Source: Terriglobia bacterium
Lineage (GTDB): Bacteria; Acidobacteriota; Terriglobia; 20CM-2-55-15
NCBI GenBank assembly: GCA_965218585.1
Contig: CBDCLE010000011.1
Span: 1 to 64,000, forward strand
DNA: 64,000 bases
Direction: 5' to 3'
Position 1 is the first letter of the stretch. Each line of letters starts with the position of its first letter. The notes under the pieces were generated by a model that ran no database searches, was not told the DNA's origin, and saw nothing but the letters and a program-made list of their open reading frames with translations. Below are positions 62,689 through 64,000 of the stretch, in pieces. The translations under genes and the position numbers were made by a program.

Positions 62689-63082
62689 AACCGAAGGACA
62701 CTGTGACGTCCAGGACATCACCGCTCGACTGAGCGGCGAAGTGAATGAGTGCGGCCTCTGGGAAGGACAGGTCCTGGTTTTTGTAGCCGGTTCAACGGCC
62801 GGAGTTACGACGGTCGAGTTCGAGCCCGGACTCGTCCGGGATATCGGAGAGTTCTTCGAAAAGCTCATACCCGAGGGCCCGGACTACCATCACCATGCGA
62901 CCTGGGGGGATGACAACGGATCGAGTCACGTGCGCGCAGCGCTGCTGAAGCCCTCCTTAAACGATTCCGTTTCATCAGGGCAAACTGTTTTGCTGGGCAC
63001 CTGGCAGCAGGTTGTCGTTGTAGATTTCGATACGCGTCCGAGACGTAGAAGCGTGGTTGTGCAGATAACGGGAGAGTCGTAA
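62660..63082 (+). CDS. yjbQ: YjbQ/UPF0047 protein
   Basis: DIT, GSTAGVTTVE, YHH..DDNGSSH, LGTWQ and DFD-RPR. Confidence 0.9.
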   Translation: MIRTSEIVLETEGHCDVQDITARLSGEVNECGLWEGQVLVFVAGSTAGVTTVEFEPGLVRDIGEFFEKLIPEGPDYHHHATWGDDNGSSHVRAALLKPSLNDSVSSGQTVLLGTWQQVVVVDFDTRPRRRSVVVQITGES

Positions 63083-63089
63083 TCGTGTG

Positions 63090-63962
63090 TCAGTGCGTCA
63101 TCGCGTAAATGACGTAGTTCACGCCGAGACGATAGGCAAGCCCGGTCATGGGGGCAGGGTAGAAGGCATCGTCGGCATGCTCCCAGGCATCGCCCATATC
63201 TATGTTGAAGCTGATCGCGACGACCAGACGGCCACGGTCGTCGTATATGCCTCTCCAGTGCGGCTGACCCTGCATGGCCGCAAAGATCTGCCCGCCTCCT
63301 CCCATCCTGAGGTGTCTCTGCCCCGGAATCTGGATGCGGTCGCCCAGATCAAAGAAGATGTTCATGAGGACATCGTCATCGGGAATCTCCACGATCTCCC
63401 TCTTGGGAAAGACCCTCTTCATAGCCGTGTAAAAGACGTACCAGTCGTACTCGCCGTGAAAGTCATCAACGAGGAGGAAACCGCCCCGGTCCAGATATTC
63501 TCTGAGGCGCTCGACTTCCTCGTTGCTGGGATTCCAGCCGCCCTGACCCGGCTGTTGCATGAACACAAAGGGGTACTGAAAGATCCTGTCGTCGGTTATC
63601 TGGAGATGACGGCTGTCGTCAGCAACCGTCAGGTTCGTCAGACGGCTCAAAGCGGGCAGGAAGTGAATCTCTGCGTATGGGTAGTCGATCGCCCACCACG
63701 GATTACTGAACCCGCGAGATCCCGCCCGGCCAAACGAACCACCGTAGACGAGGCGAACCATATGGAATTCCGCGTCGGGGGAATCCCCGTTCGTACTTGT
63801 GAGAAGAGCCCCGGTTTGACTGGAAGCGGCTCCGGCCAAAAGGCAGAAAACCATGCCCACGGCTGCCAGTGAAAGCCCCATCTTCCACAGGGGGCGGGAG
63901 GGTCTTCCTTGCGATGAGGCATCGCTATCCTGTTCTGGGACTTTGGCGAGTTCGGATTCCAT
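63090..63962 (-). CDS. DUF4159 domain protein
   Basis: WAIDYP, LREYLDRGGFLLVDDF, DMGDAWE and GVNYVIYAMTH. Confidence 0.88.
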   Translation of the reverse strand: MESELAKVPEQDSDASSQGRPSRPLWKMGLSLAAVGMVFCLLAGAASSQTGALLTSTNGDSPDAEFHMVRLVYGGSFGRAGSRGFSNPWWAIDYPYAEIHFLPALSRLTNLTVADDSRHLQITDDRIFQYPFVFMQQPGQGGWNPSNEEVERLREYLDRGGFLLVDDFHGEYDWYVFYTAMKRVFPKREIVEIPDDDVLMNIFFDLGDRIQIPGQRHLRMGGGGQIFAAMQGQPHWRGIYDDRGRLVVAISFNIDMGDAWEHADDAFYPAPMTGLAYRLGVNYVIYAMTH

Positions 63963-64000
63963 TGCCCTAATAGTACGCTAGAAAAGCGGGCTGGAGATGC

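Noticed and set aside
1-63082. Programmed frameshifting or phase variation in the many split genes
   Set aside because: Breaks often fall in short homopolymers of unrelated genes, and yjbQ shows compensating indels (~62960-62980), typical of long-read error

Overview
GC-rich bacterial chromosomal window, probably Acidobacteriota-like (inferred from the gene repertoire: tandem DUF507 pair, several DUF6152-type exported proteins, DUF5916, DUF4159). Many genes carry homopolymer frameshifts and a few carry single in-frame stops, which suggests an unpolished long-read assembly or gene decay. Contents: (1) 1.7-7.9 kb accessory region punctuated by four direct copies of a 30-31 bp site, CCTGWNAA-ATCATC-TT(N3-4)GACGTTGAGAA, plus inverted partner copies. 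The sites resemble tyrosine-recombinase (dif/pdif-like) sites and delimit unrelated gene modules, with an IS256 inserted beside one site. (2) Pyridine/aromatic catabolic genes: decarboxylase, MFS transporter, nicD, nicX. (3) An aryl-CoA ligase followed by two paralogous QueG/RdhA-like Fe-S proteins and a small protein. (4) miaE and tRNA-Val(TAC). (5) A NatAB-like ABC system. (6) A ~10 kb co-oriented block of signal-peptide-bearing enzymes with a duplicated gene, a 49-bp direct repeat and a GTAG REP. (7) Housekeeping and signalling genes: gntK, gnd, Aas-like, M48, GAF-GAF-ANTAR, DAACS symporter. (8) A PAS hybrid histidine kinase split by an IS21 element. The best candidate for an undescribed system is the repeat-delimited cassette array at 1.7-7.9 kb; the second is the CoA-ligase plus twin cobalamin/Fe-S reductase operon. 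All family assignments come from motif recognition by eye, not database searches.
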